Shown one piece after another: positions 26,713 through 49,400 of a DNA stretch of 64,000 nt (position 1 is its first letter; each line of letters opens with the position of its first letter). This stretch comes from the human T2T-CHM13v2.0 reference genome, Homo sapiens. The notes beneath the pieces are model-generated. The model searched no databases, was not told the origin of the DNA, and was given only the letters and a program-made list of their open reading frames with translations. The stretch lies in NCBI RefSeq assembly GCF_009914755.1, contig NC_060948.1. One strand, written 5' to 3'. The translations under genes were made by a program, and so were the position numbers.

Positions 26713-28418
26713 TTAGATAAGCATACTTACTATCTGTAGCAAAGTCTCCCAGTTACAGCTGAGGAGGTGGGAGAAATACCTGGTTACAGGCTGTCCCAGG
26801 ATTCCTTGGATGGTAACGTACTTTGAGGACAGCTTTCTGGGACAAGAAGCTAACATTAAGAAAGCCAAGCCAGTGTCCAGGAGGAAGTCAATTTCCTGGC
26901 CCTCCAGGTTTATATGTACCTGGGGCTCAGTGAGGGTGATGACATGAGCTGGCACTTGCCCCAGGCCTCAGTCCTGTTGTTGGATCATCTGTTTGGGGGC
27001 TTCTGGCCCAGAGAACCTTTGTCCATGGGGCAGTGCACCTTCTAGTGATTGCCTCAGCATAGTGGACATGGGCAAAGGGGCAGCTTGTTTCTTGTTGGAC
27101 AATCTTTTTTAAGGTGTCCTTTCAAACCACACAGGTAACAAGCCCTACTGGGTGATTGGCTCCATTTTCTGTCCTCTCTGAACCACCAAGGTTTGTTTGT
27201 CTGAGGGCCATGACCAAGCCTGCAGCCTTTCTCTGATCTCATTTTTCCTTTTTGGCCTGTTCCTCTTGGTCCCTATTATAGAACACTGAAGTTTCCAGGT
27301 TTAATAATGCCTCTAGATTTTGTTCAGGGACAAAGGCTCACTATTGGAGCTTTCTCCTCATATCTGCAGCTGATTGGGTAATAAACTTATCTTTTAGAAT
27401 CAGTTGACTCTCGAGTGAGTTGGGTGACAGAGGTGTATATTTTCTTAAGGCCTTCCATAGCTGCTCAAGGAAGGCAGAAGGATTTTCTTCATTTCCCTGA
27501 GTTATGGTGGACATCATTGAATAATTCATGGGCTTTTTCCTAATTCTCCTTAGTGCTTGTAGAACACAGGTCAACAGATGTTTGTGATTCCAGTCCTTAT
27601 GATCTGAGTTGAGGTCCCAGTGGGTATCCATACTGGTGACAGTTTGCTGACCAGTAGGGAATTTGTCACTTTTCCTCAGTTGTCATTCTATCATTTACTT
27701 GACTAAGATACTAGGTATCTCCAAACTCTCAGGCTGCAGCTAAAGCCACATTCTTCGTATTAATGGCCACGGTTTGATCTAACAATACCATGACATCTCT
27801 CCAAGTGAGAATGAAGTTTTGTAGGACATCTATATACCAATCAGGATCATCTGAAAGCTTCCCCAGGTCTGCCTTGATCTGCTTTAAATCAGAGAGGGAG
27901 AAGGGGACATGTATCTAGGTTAGGCCAAATTCCCCTCCCTTCAGCTTGAAGTGGACATATCCAATAGCCTGGGGTTTTTTGTGGTTTTGTGGTCCTTTGG
28001 AGATTTGTTTGCTTGTTTTCTTCTGGGCAGGGGAGATTAGAGGAGGCTTATCATCAATAGGAAGGGGTGCTATAGGGAGGCTAGTAGATGAGGATAAGCT
28101 GAGAGGTCCTCCTGTGGGAAGTAAATTGCAAGCTTTGCATAGTTGTGGATTCTCTTTCAATGAAAAGAAAGCTGAGACATAAGATATTTCACTCCATTTG
28201 CCTTCCCTCTTAAAGAAAAGGTCAAGCTGCAGGATAGTATTGTAATTTATACTTCCCTCAGGGGGCCATTTTTCCCCATCAAGGAGAGAATATTGGGGCC
28301 AGGCTGTACTGCAGAAAAAATTGAGCTGCCTCTTTTTCAGGGTTTGCTGGTCAAATTGGTCCCAATGGCTTAGGATGCATTTCAAGGGTGAGCCTGTTGG
28401 TGCCTGAGTGTTTTCCAT
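26713..28418 (-). pseudogene. ERV9 gag-pro remnant
   Basis: MENTQAPTGSPLKCILSHWDQFD...WPPEGS; MHR-like ITQGNEENPSAFLEQL; zinc knuckle CYLCGLKGHLKKDC; protease FLLDTG. Confidence 0.88.
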
Positions 28419-28464
28419 CTGAAAGACAAAACCATCTGTGGTTTTGGTTTGTTTGTTTCTCCCC

Positions 28465-28701
28465 CTACCCAAGAACCTGGAATGATCCCTCGACCCTGCT
28501 GATCAGAATAGTTGCACTCACTGACACAGCAGCAGAAACACCTCTTGTCCAAAAACCCACAATGGTCCCTGGACCCTGCTGATCAGAATAGTTGTGCTCA
28601 CTGACACAACAGCAGAAACACCTCTTGCCCAAAAACCCATAATGGTCCCTGGACCCTGCTGATTGGAATAGTTGTGCTCACCAATACAGCAGCAGAAACA
28701 C
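28465..28701. repeat. 3 x 80-bp tandem repeat in the ERV9 leader
   Basis: GACCCTGCTGAT recurs at 28492, 28572 and 28652. Confidence 0.9.
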
Positions 28702-30489
28702 TACTTTTCCTCCTAGACCACAAGATGGACCAAGGAAGGTCAGATTTAGTGGCTCTTAATGATGCATTCTCAAAAACCTGCACCCTTGTCTGTCCTCTTA
28801 GACCACAAAGAGGACCAAGAAAAGTTGGATTTAGTAGCCATTACCAATACATTCTCGAAAACCTGTTAGGGTCCTAAGCATTAAGCATTCTACTGTTAGT
28901 ATTGGGACTTTACCCCTGTCCTATAATGATGTTATGCCCCAAAAATGAAGTGGAGAGCCATACCCTGAGGGAGGGAAAGGATCTCCAGAGTTGGAAGAGT
29001 GATGCCTTTTGTCCTCACTTATATGAATAGGAAAGATACCATTTCTGAAGCTCCCCATACCCTACCTTCAGGAATAGCTTTTGTTAGGCCTGCTAGTCTG
29101 AGGAGGGAAAATTCCAGAAAGTCCTCTGCCCCAGTGTGATTTTGGGCTAAAGGTATGTCTTTCTGATTGGTAAGCCTGGGTGCCTAATGAAGTTAACAGA
29201 GTCCTGAAGTTTATCTAGAAATCATTCTTATAGGAGAAACTAGAAAAGTACCAGAGACAGGGAATGGTTTTTAGAAGCAGGACTAGACTTGTAGAAGAGA
29301 GGCAAGAGGAAGTTTGTCTGACAGGCATTAGGACTCAGGATGCAAGGGTCAGGATAGATGTGCAAGTCTCACTTGGGCGACGTGACTTCAAGAGTTCCGC
29401 TCATGGCTGCAGGGTCAACCAATTTGTTGTCAGGACCTCAGAGCTGAATGGTTTTCCTCTCTGTTGACCCTTGGCTCTGCCCAGAAGTATAGGGAAAGTG
29501 GAAGCTGGTTCCAGGCAAACCAACGTTCCCAACTCCAAGGGTCCAGGGGTTGTTAAAGAGCCCTTTCCCAGAAAGCCTGACGCCCGTGTCTTTAGTCTGG
29601 TGGCCACATTAGTCACTTTCAACTGGCCGACAAGTGCCTGGTATTTAGCCCCCGAATTCTAAGAAAAAATAGGACAGAATAACAAGTTAAAATGACCCAA
29701 TGGTACTCACCACTTGGTGATTGTCCCTTCATGGTTGCCAAAATGTGTCCAGAATTGGTTCCTTCTGGTAGGTTCCTGGTCTCACTGACTTCAAGAATGA
29801 AGCTGCAGATGCTCGTGGTGAGTGTTAAAGTTCTTAAAGATGGTGTGTCTGGAGTTTATTCCTTCAGATGTTCAGATGTGTCCATAGTTTCTTCCTTCCG
29901 GTGGGTTTGTGGTCTCTCTGACTTCAGGAGTCAAGCCACAGACCTTCTCAGTAAGTGTTACAATTCTCAAACTTGGCGCATCCAGAATTGTTAGTTCCTC
30001 CCATAGGTTCGTGGTCTCGCTGACTTCAGGAATGAAGCCACAGTCCCTCATGGCGTTACAGCTCATAAAGGTAGTGTGGACCCAAAGAGTAAGCAGCAGC
30101 AAGATTTATTGTGAAGAGTGAAAGAACAAAGCTTCCATAGCGTGGAAGGGGACCCAAGCCTGTTGCCACTGCTGGCTGAGATGGTCAGCTTTTATTCCCT
30201 TATTTGGCCCCGCCCACATCCTGCTGATTGGTCCATTTTACAGAGAGCTTATTGGTCCATTTTACAGAGTGCTGATTGGCCCATTTTACAGAGCACTGAT
30301 TGGTGCATTTACAATCCTTTAGCTAGACATACAGCGCTGATTGGTGCATTTTTACAGAGTGTTGACTGGTGCATTTTTAGAGTGCTGACTGATGTAGTTA
30401 CAATCCTCTAGCTAGACAGAAAACTTCTCTAAGTCCCTACTCAACCCAGGAAGTCTAGCTGGCTTCACCTGTCAAGATAGCAGTGACTC

Positions 30490-32655
<2,166 letters not shown>

Positions 32656-33137
32656 TTTGGCCAATTTTTAAAAGAACTCCTGCTGCCCCAAGCCCTGGGG
32701 CTCTTGGATGAATTTTCTCAGTGGCAAAACCTGCCCTGCAACATGCTGGCACAAGAGAATTGTCTCAATGTCCTGCCAAGCCTAAAAGCTTAAACTCAGA
32801 AAGCTTCTGTGTCCTGAATAAAGAAAGAGCCAATTAATCAAAATGAGCTGCCTCTTTTTTGACTGCAAAATGCAGAAACCACTGAATGACTAATGGTTGT
32901 ATTTAATTGGCAGTGGCAGAGGGGTTAGGACTAAGGGATATACAGCCAAATGCATTACAATGAAAGAAAAGCCCATCTGTAGTCTGCAAGTTACTACCCA
33001 TATTTGTACCTTAAAATAACACTAAGGACAAAATATAAACTCATTCCTCCTTAAACTCATTTTGCTCCAAAGCATGGATACTCTGGTCACATACTACACA
33101 CACTACACACACACACACACACACACACGTGCGTTCT

Positions 33138-34393
<1,256 letters not shown>

Positions 34394-35444
34394 AACACAT
34401 ACGTTCTTGGTTAAGAAAGAAAAAGGAAGAAAGGGAGGGAGAGAAGAAAGAAGAAAGGGTATGAGAGTAACAGAGAGAAAACTTACCTACACTAAAATTG
34501 ATTTAGAATCAATTTCTCAATGCCTAAGCTGATCCATTGAGTTTCAGAATACAATAGGTCAAAGGATCTTTCAACTCTGCCCATTTCAACTAGAGGTTAA
34601 AAAAAAAAAAAAAGACTAAGAAAATGTGTCCAAACAAGCCTTCCCCAACTCACCTATCAGTTGTATTTTCTCTCTAATGTCTATGAACAGAACAGACAGG
34701 CTGTTCTGAAAAGGCTTTGCCTCTTCTGGCAGCTGCCTTGAATCATTACGAAAGCATTAGCCACTCCATCTCACCTCCCTCTTCTATGGGAGGGCTGGTC
34801 CATGCTAGGCTTACCCAGATTGTTCATCTTGATAATGTGCAAATGAGGCAATCTGCGCCCCGCATTTGCAATTCCTACTATGCATCCAGGAAAAGAAAAA
34901 AAAAAAAAAAACAGCACACCAACAACAAAACATTACATTCAGCGAAACACCTACAGCTTTTCTTGCTGATGCTGAATGTTCTTATCTGTGACAACCACCA
35001 AAGCCATTCATCACACCAGGATCAAGACTGGCTGTTTTGAGCCAGAGCAATCCCGTTTGATGTCCCTTGCGTTGCGGTGACCTCATGGTCTATAGCAGTG
35101 CCTCAGGGACATCTGTGCTTCCAATTAAAGGTGTGGGTGGGGTGGACAGAAATGGAAGGTCTTCCCTGTCGTTATATCTTAATAATATTCAACAAGACAA
35201 AGTGTGGGCAATAATTTGGAAGATGGTAGGTATACTGTTCATCAACACCCTGCCCCAAATGGATGGCTATTATATTAAACAGCACAGATGGAAAGCCAGA
35301 TAGTAACTCTCCCAGCATTTTAAATAAAGATTTGAAAATATCAGAGGGCATACATAACTGTCTCCCAACAAAACACCATTTTGTGAGATGGAACACTCCA
35401 TTAAACATGCTATTATATGATTCCGTAAACTCTAGAAACCAGAT

Positions 35445-36877
<1,433 letters not shown>

Positions 36878-36920
36878 TGACTTTTCTGAGTCCATTTTAT
36901 GTTGACAAAAGCAAGAAGTA

Positions 36921-37230
36921 GCATGCCTGTGGTCCCAGCTACTGAGGAGACTGAGGCAGGGGATCGCTTGGGCCCAGAAGTTCTGGGCTATGGTGCACCA
37001 TGTTGATCGGATGTCTGCACTAAGTTCAGCGACTCCCAGGAGGAGAAGACTACCAGGCTGCCTAAGGCCAGGTGAACCACCCTAAGTCACAAAGGCAGCA
37101 GGTCAAAACTCCCGTGCTGATCAGTGGTGGAATCACATGTCTGAATAGCCACTGTACCCCACCCTGGGCAACACAGCAAGACCCTATCTCCTAAAAAAAA
37201 AAAAAAAAGAAAAAAAAGAAAAGAAAAAAG
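36921..37230 (+). pseudogene. 7SL (SRP) RNA retropseudogene
   Basis: Alu domain plus S-domain motifs (ctaagttc...accaggctgcctaagg...gcaggtcaaaactcccgtgctgatcagt); poly-A tail; AGTAGCAT at both ends; possibly RN7SL702P (unverified). Confidence 0.9.
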
Positions 37231-38855
37231 AAACAGTAGCATAGCCACACTTAGCTAAATTCTAAACTTTGGTTCCTGCTATCTAATCAGTCATGTCTAT
37301 TTAATGCAATAATGCCAATGCACACAACTGTCATAAGGGCAGGAAAAGAAAACAGTAGAACACACATTGAAAAGGAACAAACCTTTGACCAAACCAGGTG
37401 TTGTTTCTTGAGCAGTGTAAAGGCAGCCCTATTAAAGGTCATGATTTGCAATGTTCTGGCGTCCATTGAGTTGTTGTCGGGGTAGGGTGCTTGTGTCTGA
37501 ATTCACCCAAATTGTTCAGAAATGGCACTTGCCTGCCATCTCTGAAAGACATAGATGAATCTTAATACAGTCCTTGTACATAGCTTTTCTATGTTGTTTT
37601 TTTTTTCCAGTAGGACAAGAAATACATGAAAGACTTCATTGTCGTGCTGGTTATAGTGACCCAGTGAGGATAAAGCTCCCCTAAGGAAAATGATAGCAGG
37701 TCTATTTTATCAAAGTTTGCATTTATTTCAAAGGTTAGCATCTGGCCAGGAAATATAATGTTCCCTCTTCTAGGAAATAAAGTGAAATTGTAATAAATGC
37801 AATGTTTATCATCCACACGCCTACATTCCTGAAATTCTTGGAGTTCACTTTTCTCATGGGTGAAATCAAGATTGGCGTGTTATCTGTGCATAGCCTTTGA
37901 TGTAAAGATGATGATACTCCCTAGCCACATTCCCTAGACGATTTCAGCTGCCTCCTAATAAGACGTTCTGACTGTTACTCTTCAGAATTATGGGATGAAG
38001 AGGGCTCCATAAACCATCTCACTCAAATAGAATCAGAACCACTCACTCTTCCAGGAGCTGAAGGGAGATTTTAAGCAGATCACAGATGACCAAGTGTCCT
38101 AGTAATGTCAGAGTTTCTGGGGAAAAAAAAAACGCTAATAAAGAACAAAAGTGCTCCCTGCATTTGTGATGCAGGAGATAATTCTTGCTGAAGTGAAGCA
38201 AAACAGACAAATTTTTTTTGCTTCTCATTAATATAAATTTTGCTTAACAATATTCAGCTCCATAGAGGATATGACACATGTCATTTTGCAATAAGCAACT
38301 TGCTGAGGTGTTTTTATGAAAAAATATCCAGGGATCTATCAAATGATGGGCAACTGACTCTTTTACCCCAAAGCCAAAGTTCGTTTGTTCATGGAATATT
38401 TATAAAATCCCAGCTGAGCATCTGACTTCCAGGGTAGACTTTGGAGTCACAATGAATGGAATCAGAATAGCTCCTCTCTCAGCAGAGAGGATCAGTGTCA
38501 GTCGTGGCTATTAAAAAGTTCAATAAAGTGTCACAGACAACAAGCTTAATGTATCCTGGGTTGAAACAGACACAGGTTAGAAAGTGAAAGGAATTCTACC
38601 TAGGGTGATCGGAAGAGAATCATAGAAAAAGATCAATGTTCTCCCGTTTTCTAATAAAGCAGTCGGCCTGTCTACAAGAAAATTGAGTGAAGCAGATTTT
38701 GTTTAAGATTGAGATAAAGTCAGCACTGCCTCCATCTGTTTCAGGTTGGGTGGAGAGGGTCATTCTCTTCAACAAGATGTTGTTTTGATACGATCCAATA
38801 TGTTCAATTATTTTAAATGTCTAGACTAGACATTGAAATTAAGAATGATGCTTCC

Positions 38856-43120
<4,265 letters not shown>

Positions 43121-43199
43121 GAGAATAGACCCAATGACTACAGATACTTGAAAATACAGGTTGACTGCAAATTTAATGAAAATATATTTTGTCTTTAGA

Positions 43200-44180
43200 C
43201 TGTGAACTCATTTTCTATTGCTACAGGAAACAATGACCCCAAACTTAGGAAATTAACACAACACAGCATTATCTCATAGTTTCTGTGGGCCAAGAGTCTG
43301 GGGACAGCCATGTTTTCTGTTTCGGTTTCAGGGGGCTGGAGCCAGAGTGTTAGCAAGGTGTGCTCCTTACTGAAAGCTCTGAGGATGTGTCTACGTACAA
43401 GCATATTTAAATGGTAGAGAGGATTCAGTTGCTTATGGTTGTAGGACTGATGTCTCTGTTTCCTTACTGGCTGTGAGCTACAGTTTCTCTTAGCTGTGCT
43501 GAGATTCGATCAGACTGGTGGGAAAAACATTAGTTATCATAGCCACAAAACCCTTTTGGATGGCCTGAGAGTTTTCACATGACTTCGGTGAAAGTGGCCT
43601 GGTCCCATTACTTTACTTAAATAGATTAAAGTAGTAAACACCAGGGATGTGGGGAAGCTATCTAGCTAGCTTGTTTACTCATGATCTTAAAATTAACCTT
43701 TGATGTACCCTGGGTGCTTAAGTGCTTTTTACTTTGGAAGTCCACAATGTCAATTACCCTCTAATGGTATTGACTCAAGCTTTTGTTAATTAATCTTACT
43801 GAATAAATGTTAGTCTGACTACCTGTTCAATGCTGGAACTGCAACTGTTTACCAGACTCAGCAGGGAGTCTGTAAGTGGCTAGGACCCTCAGCCGGACTG
43901 GCAGAATAGAATATCTGTGTGTCAGTGCACGTTTATTCATCTGCCGCTGAATCAGGGGTCTGCAGGAACAGATCCCTCGCAGCCAGTGAGCCCACAAAAG
44001 GAGTGCTGCCTCAGGGTCCTAGAAGCTATCCACATTTTCATGCTTTTTTATGGTGCATTGACTCCCTCTCATATTCTAAATCTATCTGAATTCCTCTTCA
44101 AGCAATGTGAGGTAAAGGACTGTCACCCCCAAATTCCCTACACTGTCCCCTATGGTTGGTGTGCAGCACCAATCACACAA
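43200..44180 (-). mobile_element. MLT1 LTR interrupted by an LTR22-like element
   Basis: Antisense MLT1 motifs (tctattgct...ccccaaacttag...tctcatagtttctgtggg). Confidence 0.6.
43497..44012 (+). mobile_element. LTR22-like (HML-5) solo LTR
   Basis: tcagactggtgggaaaaa...atagccacaaaaccc start as in recalled LTR22; AATAAA at 43802; TG...CA ends. Confidence 0.65.
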
Positions 44181-45729
44181 TGACAGTGGCAGATTGCAGC
44201 AATGATCGCCCGATAATTTACCCCTTTTTCCATCCACATCTTGGCCACAGGGCTCTTCTACAGGGTCCTCTTGCCCCAAGCTTAGGCACATGATTTGGCT
44301 CACCATTGGGTTATTAGAAAATGGGATAAGCAAAGCCTCATGACACATGTATGGGGGAAACTGAAATGCATATGGCTCGTGAAAGAAGCCAGTCCCAAAA
44401 GTCTACATACTGTGGGCTTCCAACTCGAGGAAATTCTGAAAATGGCAAAAGTATGGAGACAGTAAAAAAGATCAGGGGTTAGTCTGGCACAGTCGCTCAT
44501 GCCTATAATCCCAGCACTTTGGGAGGCTGAGGTGGGTGGATCACTTGAGGCCAGGAGCCAAGACCAGCCTGGCCAAGATGGTGAAACCCTGTCTCGTCTA
44601 AAAATACAAAAATTAGCTAGGTGTGGTGGTGCATACTGTAATCCCAGCTACTCGGGGATGGTGAGGCACAAGAATCTCTTGAGCCTGGGAGGCAGAGGTT
44701 GCAGTGAGCTGAGATCCCACCACTGCAGTCTGGCCTGGGTGACAGAGTGAGACCCTGTTTCAAAAAAAAGATCAGGGGTTGGAGAAAGGAAAGCATGAAC
44801 AGGTGAAGCACAGAGAATTTTTAGGGCAGTGAAACTGCTCTGTGTAATACTACAATGGTGGATTCATGTCACCATACATTTGCCCAAATCCATAAAATGA
44901 AAAACACCAAGAGTGAACCCAATGTAAACTATGGACTCTGGGTGATGGCAACATGTCAACGTGGGTTTATCAATTTCAACAAATACACCACTGTAGGGGG
45001 GATGTGGATACTGGGGGAGGCTGTGCAGGTATGGGGGCTGTGGGTGTAAGGTCAGCTGAGAGAAAGGATGAGGAGACCCAAACTCAGGCAAGCAAGCTTT
45101 ATTGAGTCATTAGAGGAGGCAGCCTGGCTTACAGACTATAGCAGGATTTTATAGGGCCAGAACCAGGTCGGGGTGGGGGAGCTGAGTCGGGGGTGCAGAA
45201 CAACTGGGTCGGGGTCGGGGAGCTGGGTCAAGGGTACAGGTGTCTTGACTGCACCCTGCAGAAGTTTTTTGCCAGCTGTGTTATGCGAGGTTAACAAACA
45301 TGTTAACCACAACCTGTAACCGTCTGGACAAACAGTTACTGGAGGGGTCACTGAAGGAGGGGTTTGTCTTTTGCCCTGGGGGAGTTGTGTGGAGAGCGCA
45401 AGAGACTGTATTGTAAGGCCTGTGGGAGGGGAAGGGAACAGTCTGGTTGGGGTGACCTTGACATTTTAGCCTTTTAATAGATAATAGGAAAAGAGGCACC
45501 ATTTTTCATCTGGCTACTTTGAGCTGAGAGGGGGCAGTAGTTAGGGAAAAGGCTGGAAGGTAGAGGTTGGTCCTGGTACTGTTTTGAAATTGGTGCTATT
45601 CTTGTAGTAGCATCACATCTTGTATGGTTTCGTGGGTAAAAGTTGGGACGCGGTTCTGTAAAAACTGAGTAAAGAGACATAAGAGGCAGGGCGCAAAAAG
45701 TAGGAAAAGGAGAACGGTTATGATGGGTC

Positions 45730-46030
45730 CTACGAGTGGGAGTAACCAGGAGGCCTAAGAGCTGAGAGACCAAGGGGGCCAAGAGGGCCAGGCAGAGGAG
45801 CTGGTTGGTTTTTTTTGGTTTGTTTTTCGTTTTTTGTTTTTGGACAGGGTGGGGGAGCTTGGTCTTTTAGTTTTTGACTGCATCCTGAACCAGGCCTGAC
45901 AAATTGAAACAGAAGCAACATTCCTCATCTACGAAGATGTGGAGACCTCCTTTTTCTGCAGTAAGTAAATTAAGGCCTTTGCGGTTTTGTAGGGTAACTG
46001 CTGCTAGGGAGTCTAGTTGGTTTTAGAGGT
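45730..46030 (-). pseudogene. HERV-F env TM remnant
   Basis: QLDSLAAVTLQNRKGLNLLTAEKGGLHIFVDEECC (ISD), followed by a frameshift. Confidence 0.8.
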
Positions 46031-46499
46031 GGGTAATAGAGTCTGCAATTTTTTTTTTCTTTCAGGAAAGCTGGTAAGTCTGTAGAGAGTGCCGGGAAAT
46101 ATGATAATGAGGTTCCTCTTAACTGGTGTGTAGGAATAGATGGAGAGCAGAGGGCCCCTTGGGAGGAACTGACTGAGCATAAATGATAGTTTGAGGTTAT
46201 GTTTTTTAGTAAGATAAAAAGGTGGGGGAAGAGAAATATGGGTGAAGGAGAAGGTACAGGGGGTGCACACCAACATGGAAAGATTGGTGAAGGGATGATA
46301 GAATTTTTTGTTTGTTTGTTTGTTTCTTTGTTTGTTTGGTGGAGGATGAGTTTTTCATTTTTGATTATCTAGTTCCTTTGGAAGGAGGTTCCTTGTTGTA
46401 GTAGTGATGCTTTCTTTTTAGTGGGGGAATATTGGGTTTGGATTGTAGGGGTTATGAGGAGGAGAGAGACAGGGGCAGAAGAAAGGGAGACTTTTTTGG

Positions 46500-49400
46500 C
46501 TTCCTTATTGGCTTTCATGTTTCTTCCTGAGATTTTATCTGATCCTGTTTGATGTCCTTGACAGTGTATAACCCTTGCTTTGGTTGGAAGGTGTGCAGCC
46601 TGAAGGAGTTGGTAAATAAGGGGGCCATTAGTAATGGGGGTTCCTTTGGTAGTCAGGAATACTGTCTTTTGCCAGATGGCAGTGTGGGAATGAAGGATGT
46701 GATATGCATATTTGGAGTTTGTATAAATGTTGACTTGTTTGCCTTTGGAAAGGGTTAAGGCTCAGGTGAGAGTTATAAGTTCTGATTTTTGGGAGGAGGT
46801 TCTGGAGATAGGCGTCAGGCTTTAATTACTTAGTCAAAAGAAGCAAGTGCATATCCAGCAATTTTGGGGGAGCCACTGGGCCTGAAAGAGGAGCCATCTA
46901 TGAATAGCTGGTTATTGGGGTTGGTGAAAGGCTTGGAGGAAATGTTTGCGAAGTATAGTTGCAGGTGGTCTAAGATGCCAATGCAAGAATGACTAGGAAG
47001 GGAAAAGGATACGAGGAGTAAGGATGCTGGGTTGAGAGGAGCACTTTTGGCAAGGCAGAATTTGGGATTTTTGCTAAAGAAGTCATGGAGTAATTGAATC
47101 CAGGAAGGAGGAGGAGAGCTTAATGCTTGGGAGGAGAGATCTTATAGATTATGAGGACTGTAGACAGTGGTATTTTGGCTGAATGTTAGTGTCCTGCTTT
47201 CTACAGCTAAAATGGTTGCTGCTGTTAGTGCTCTAAGACAGATTGGCCACCCTTTGAATGTGCTGTTGAGTTGTTCAAAGAGGTAGGCTATAGGAGCAAA
47301 GGAAGGGGGATCTTCTTTTTTGTTGTCTTAAGAAACAAAGGGCTATTCACTGGTTTTGGGCAGTATAGAGAGTGAAAGTTTGGGAGATAGTAGGTAAGGA
47401 CAGAGCCAGTGCAGTGATAAGATCAGTTTGGAGTTCACAGAAGTTGGGGAGTATGTTATGTGAGGAGTTTAGGGGTATATTGAAGGGGCCTTTGGCTGCT
47501 TTATAAAGGGGGTGAGCTAGGAGGGCAAAGTTGGGAATCCATATTTTTAAAAGCCTGATAGCCCTAGGAAGGAAAGGATTTCGCTTTTTGAGGAAGGTGG
47601 AGATAGGCTGTCTATTAAGGCTGCCCATGCCAGGGTCATTGCTTGGGACCCAAGGGAGAGTTGAACTTCTAAGTAGGTCACACGGTAGGGATGGAAAGCT
47701 GTGCTTTGAAGGGGGAGACCCTATAGCCTTTATTAGTAAGGAAATTGAGAAGGGTAGCAGTGTGAGTTTGGGAGTTTTTTAGGGAGGGGCTACAGAAGAG
47801 GAGGTCATCTACATATTGAAGAAGGCAGCTGGGGAAAAAGATCCAAGGAGGTGGGGTTTTGAGCTAGGGCTTGCCTGAAGAAATGAGGGCTATCCCTGAA
47901 GCCCTGAGGGAGGACAGTCCACATGAGTTGTGTCTGTAGGTTGTCAGGGACAGTCTGAGTGAAAGCAAAATGGTTTTGGGAATCAGGGTGTAGGGAAATG
48001 GTGAAGAAGGCATCTTTCAGGTCAACTGCGGTGTAGTAGGTGATGTTGGAGGGGACAACAGAGAGACGTGTATAGGGGTTAGAGACTACAGGATGAATAG
48101 GGAGGACAGGCTGACTGATAGCTCAGAGGTCCTAAATGAGTTGGTATGAGCCATCAGATTTTTTAATAGGGAGGATAGGGGTGTTATATGGACAGTGTGT
48201 TGGTTTAAGAACATTGCGTGAGCAGAGCTTGTTTATGATGGGTGGCAAGCTCTTTTGTGTGTTAGGGAAACAGGGTATTGGGGAAAGTTGGGAAATTTAG
48301 AGGGGTCTCTTTTTTTCAAGACGGAGTCTCACTGTGTCATCCAGTCTGGAGTGCACTGGTGCGATCTCGGCTACTGCAAGCTCCGCCTCCCAGGTTCACG
48401 CCATTCTCCTGCCTCAGCCTCCTGAGCAGCTGCAACTACAGGCACCTGCCACCATGCCCGGCTAATTTTTTGTATTTTTAGTAAAGACAGCACTTCACCC
48501 TGTTAGCCAGGATGGTCTGGATCTCTTGATCTCGTGATCCACCCACCTCGGCCTCCCAAAGTGCTGGGATTACAGGCATGAGACACTGCGTCTGGCCTAG
48601 AGGGGTCTTTTAACTGAATTTTGATGGGGTCCTGGTGAGCAGCTGTGGAAGGGGTGGTGGTGTAACACAGTACTGGGTTAATGAGGGAGGTGGGTAGCGG
48701 GTGCTGGGGAGGGGGCTCAGGGGCCGGACTAGCAGAGAGGAGCAGGAGAGACTCTGGTTGAGGGGACAGGAAAAGGTGATAGAAGCTTTGAATTTGGCTA
48801 AAATATCTTGGTCTAGGATGGGGGTGGGGCAATGAGGCATGATAAGGAAGGAGTGTGAAAAAATATTATTAAATAGGGAACAACTAAGAGATTCAGTAGC
48901 ACACAGACACAAGATGAGTCCCTCAACCCCCACAACAGAGACCTGGGAAGGGTAAGTGGGTCCTAAAAATTCAGGTAAAGCCGAATAGGTAGGTGGCCCC
49001 ACTATCAATTAAGAAAGAGATTGGCTTACCTGCTATTAGCAGAGTTACCCTGGGCTCCCATGTAGTGACGGCAGATGGGGCCGGGGGCACTGGGCTCCAT
49101 CAGTCTTCAGTGGCCAGGCCATGGGGCTGCAGCAGTATGAGTGCCTTTTTACTCTTTGCTTTTCCAGGGCCTTGAGGAACCGGCCTGTTAGCTTGCTTGT
49201 TAAGAGGGCAATCAGATTTCCAGTAACCAGTTTGTTGGGAGGCTGGCCAAGGCGTTTTTGGCACTTGCAGGTTAGGGCACGCTCAGGCCTACTGGCCTTC
49301 TTTGCTGCACTTAAACAGGGACCAGGAGGGTCACTGCTATTGGGTCTTTTGTGCCCCTAGGCAGCCTGGGTAGGCTGATGAATAGCTGCTGCTAAGAGCT

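Larger units (their letters stand above)
24217..30474 (-). mobile_element. ERV9 (HERV9/LTR12) provirus, internally deleted
   Basis: LTRs 24217-24904 (3') and 29744-30474 (5'); perfect TSD AGAT; PBS TGGCAACCATGAAGGGAC (Arg-type, 29723-29740); PPT at ~24905-24915; CCAAT-repeat U3. Confidence 0.92.

Noticed and set aside
28465-28701. CRISPR-like array
   Set aside because: Whole units repeat with no unique spacers; eukaryotic retroviral leader
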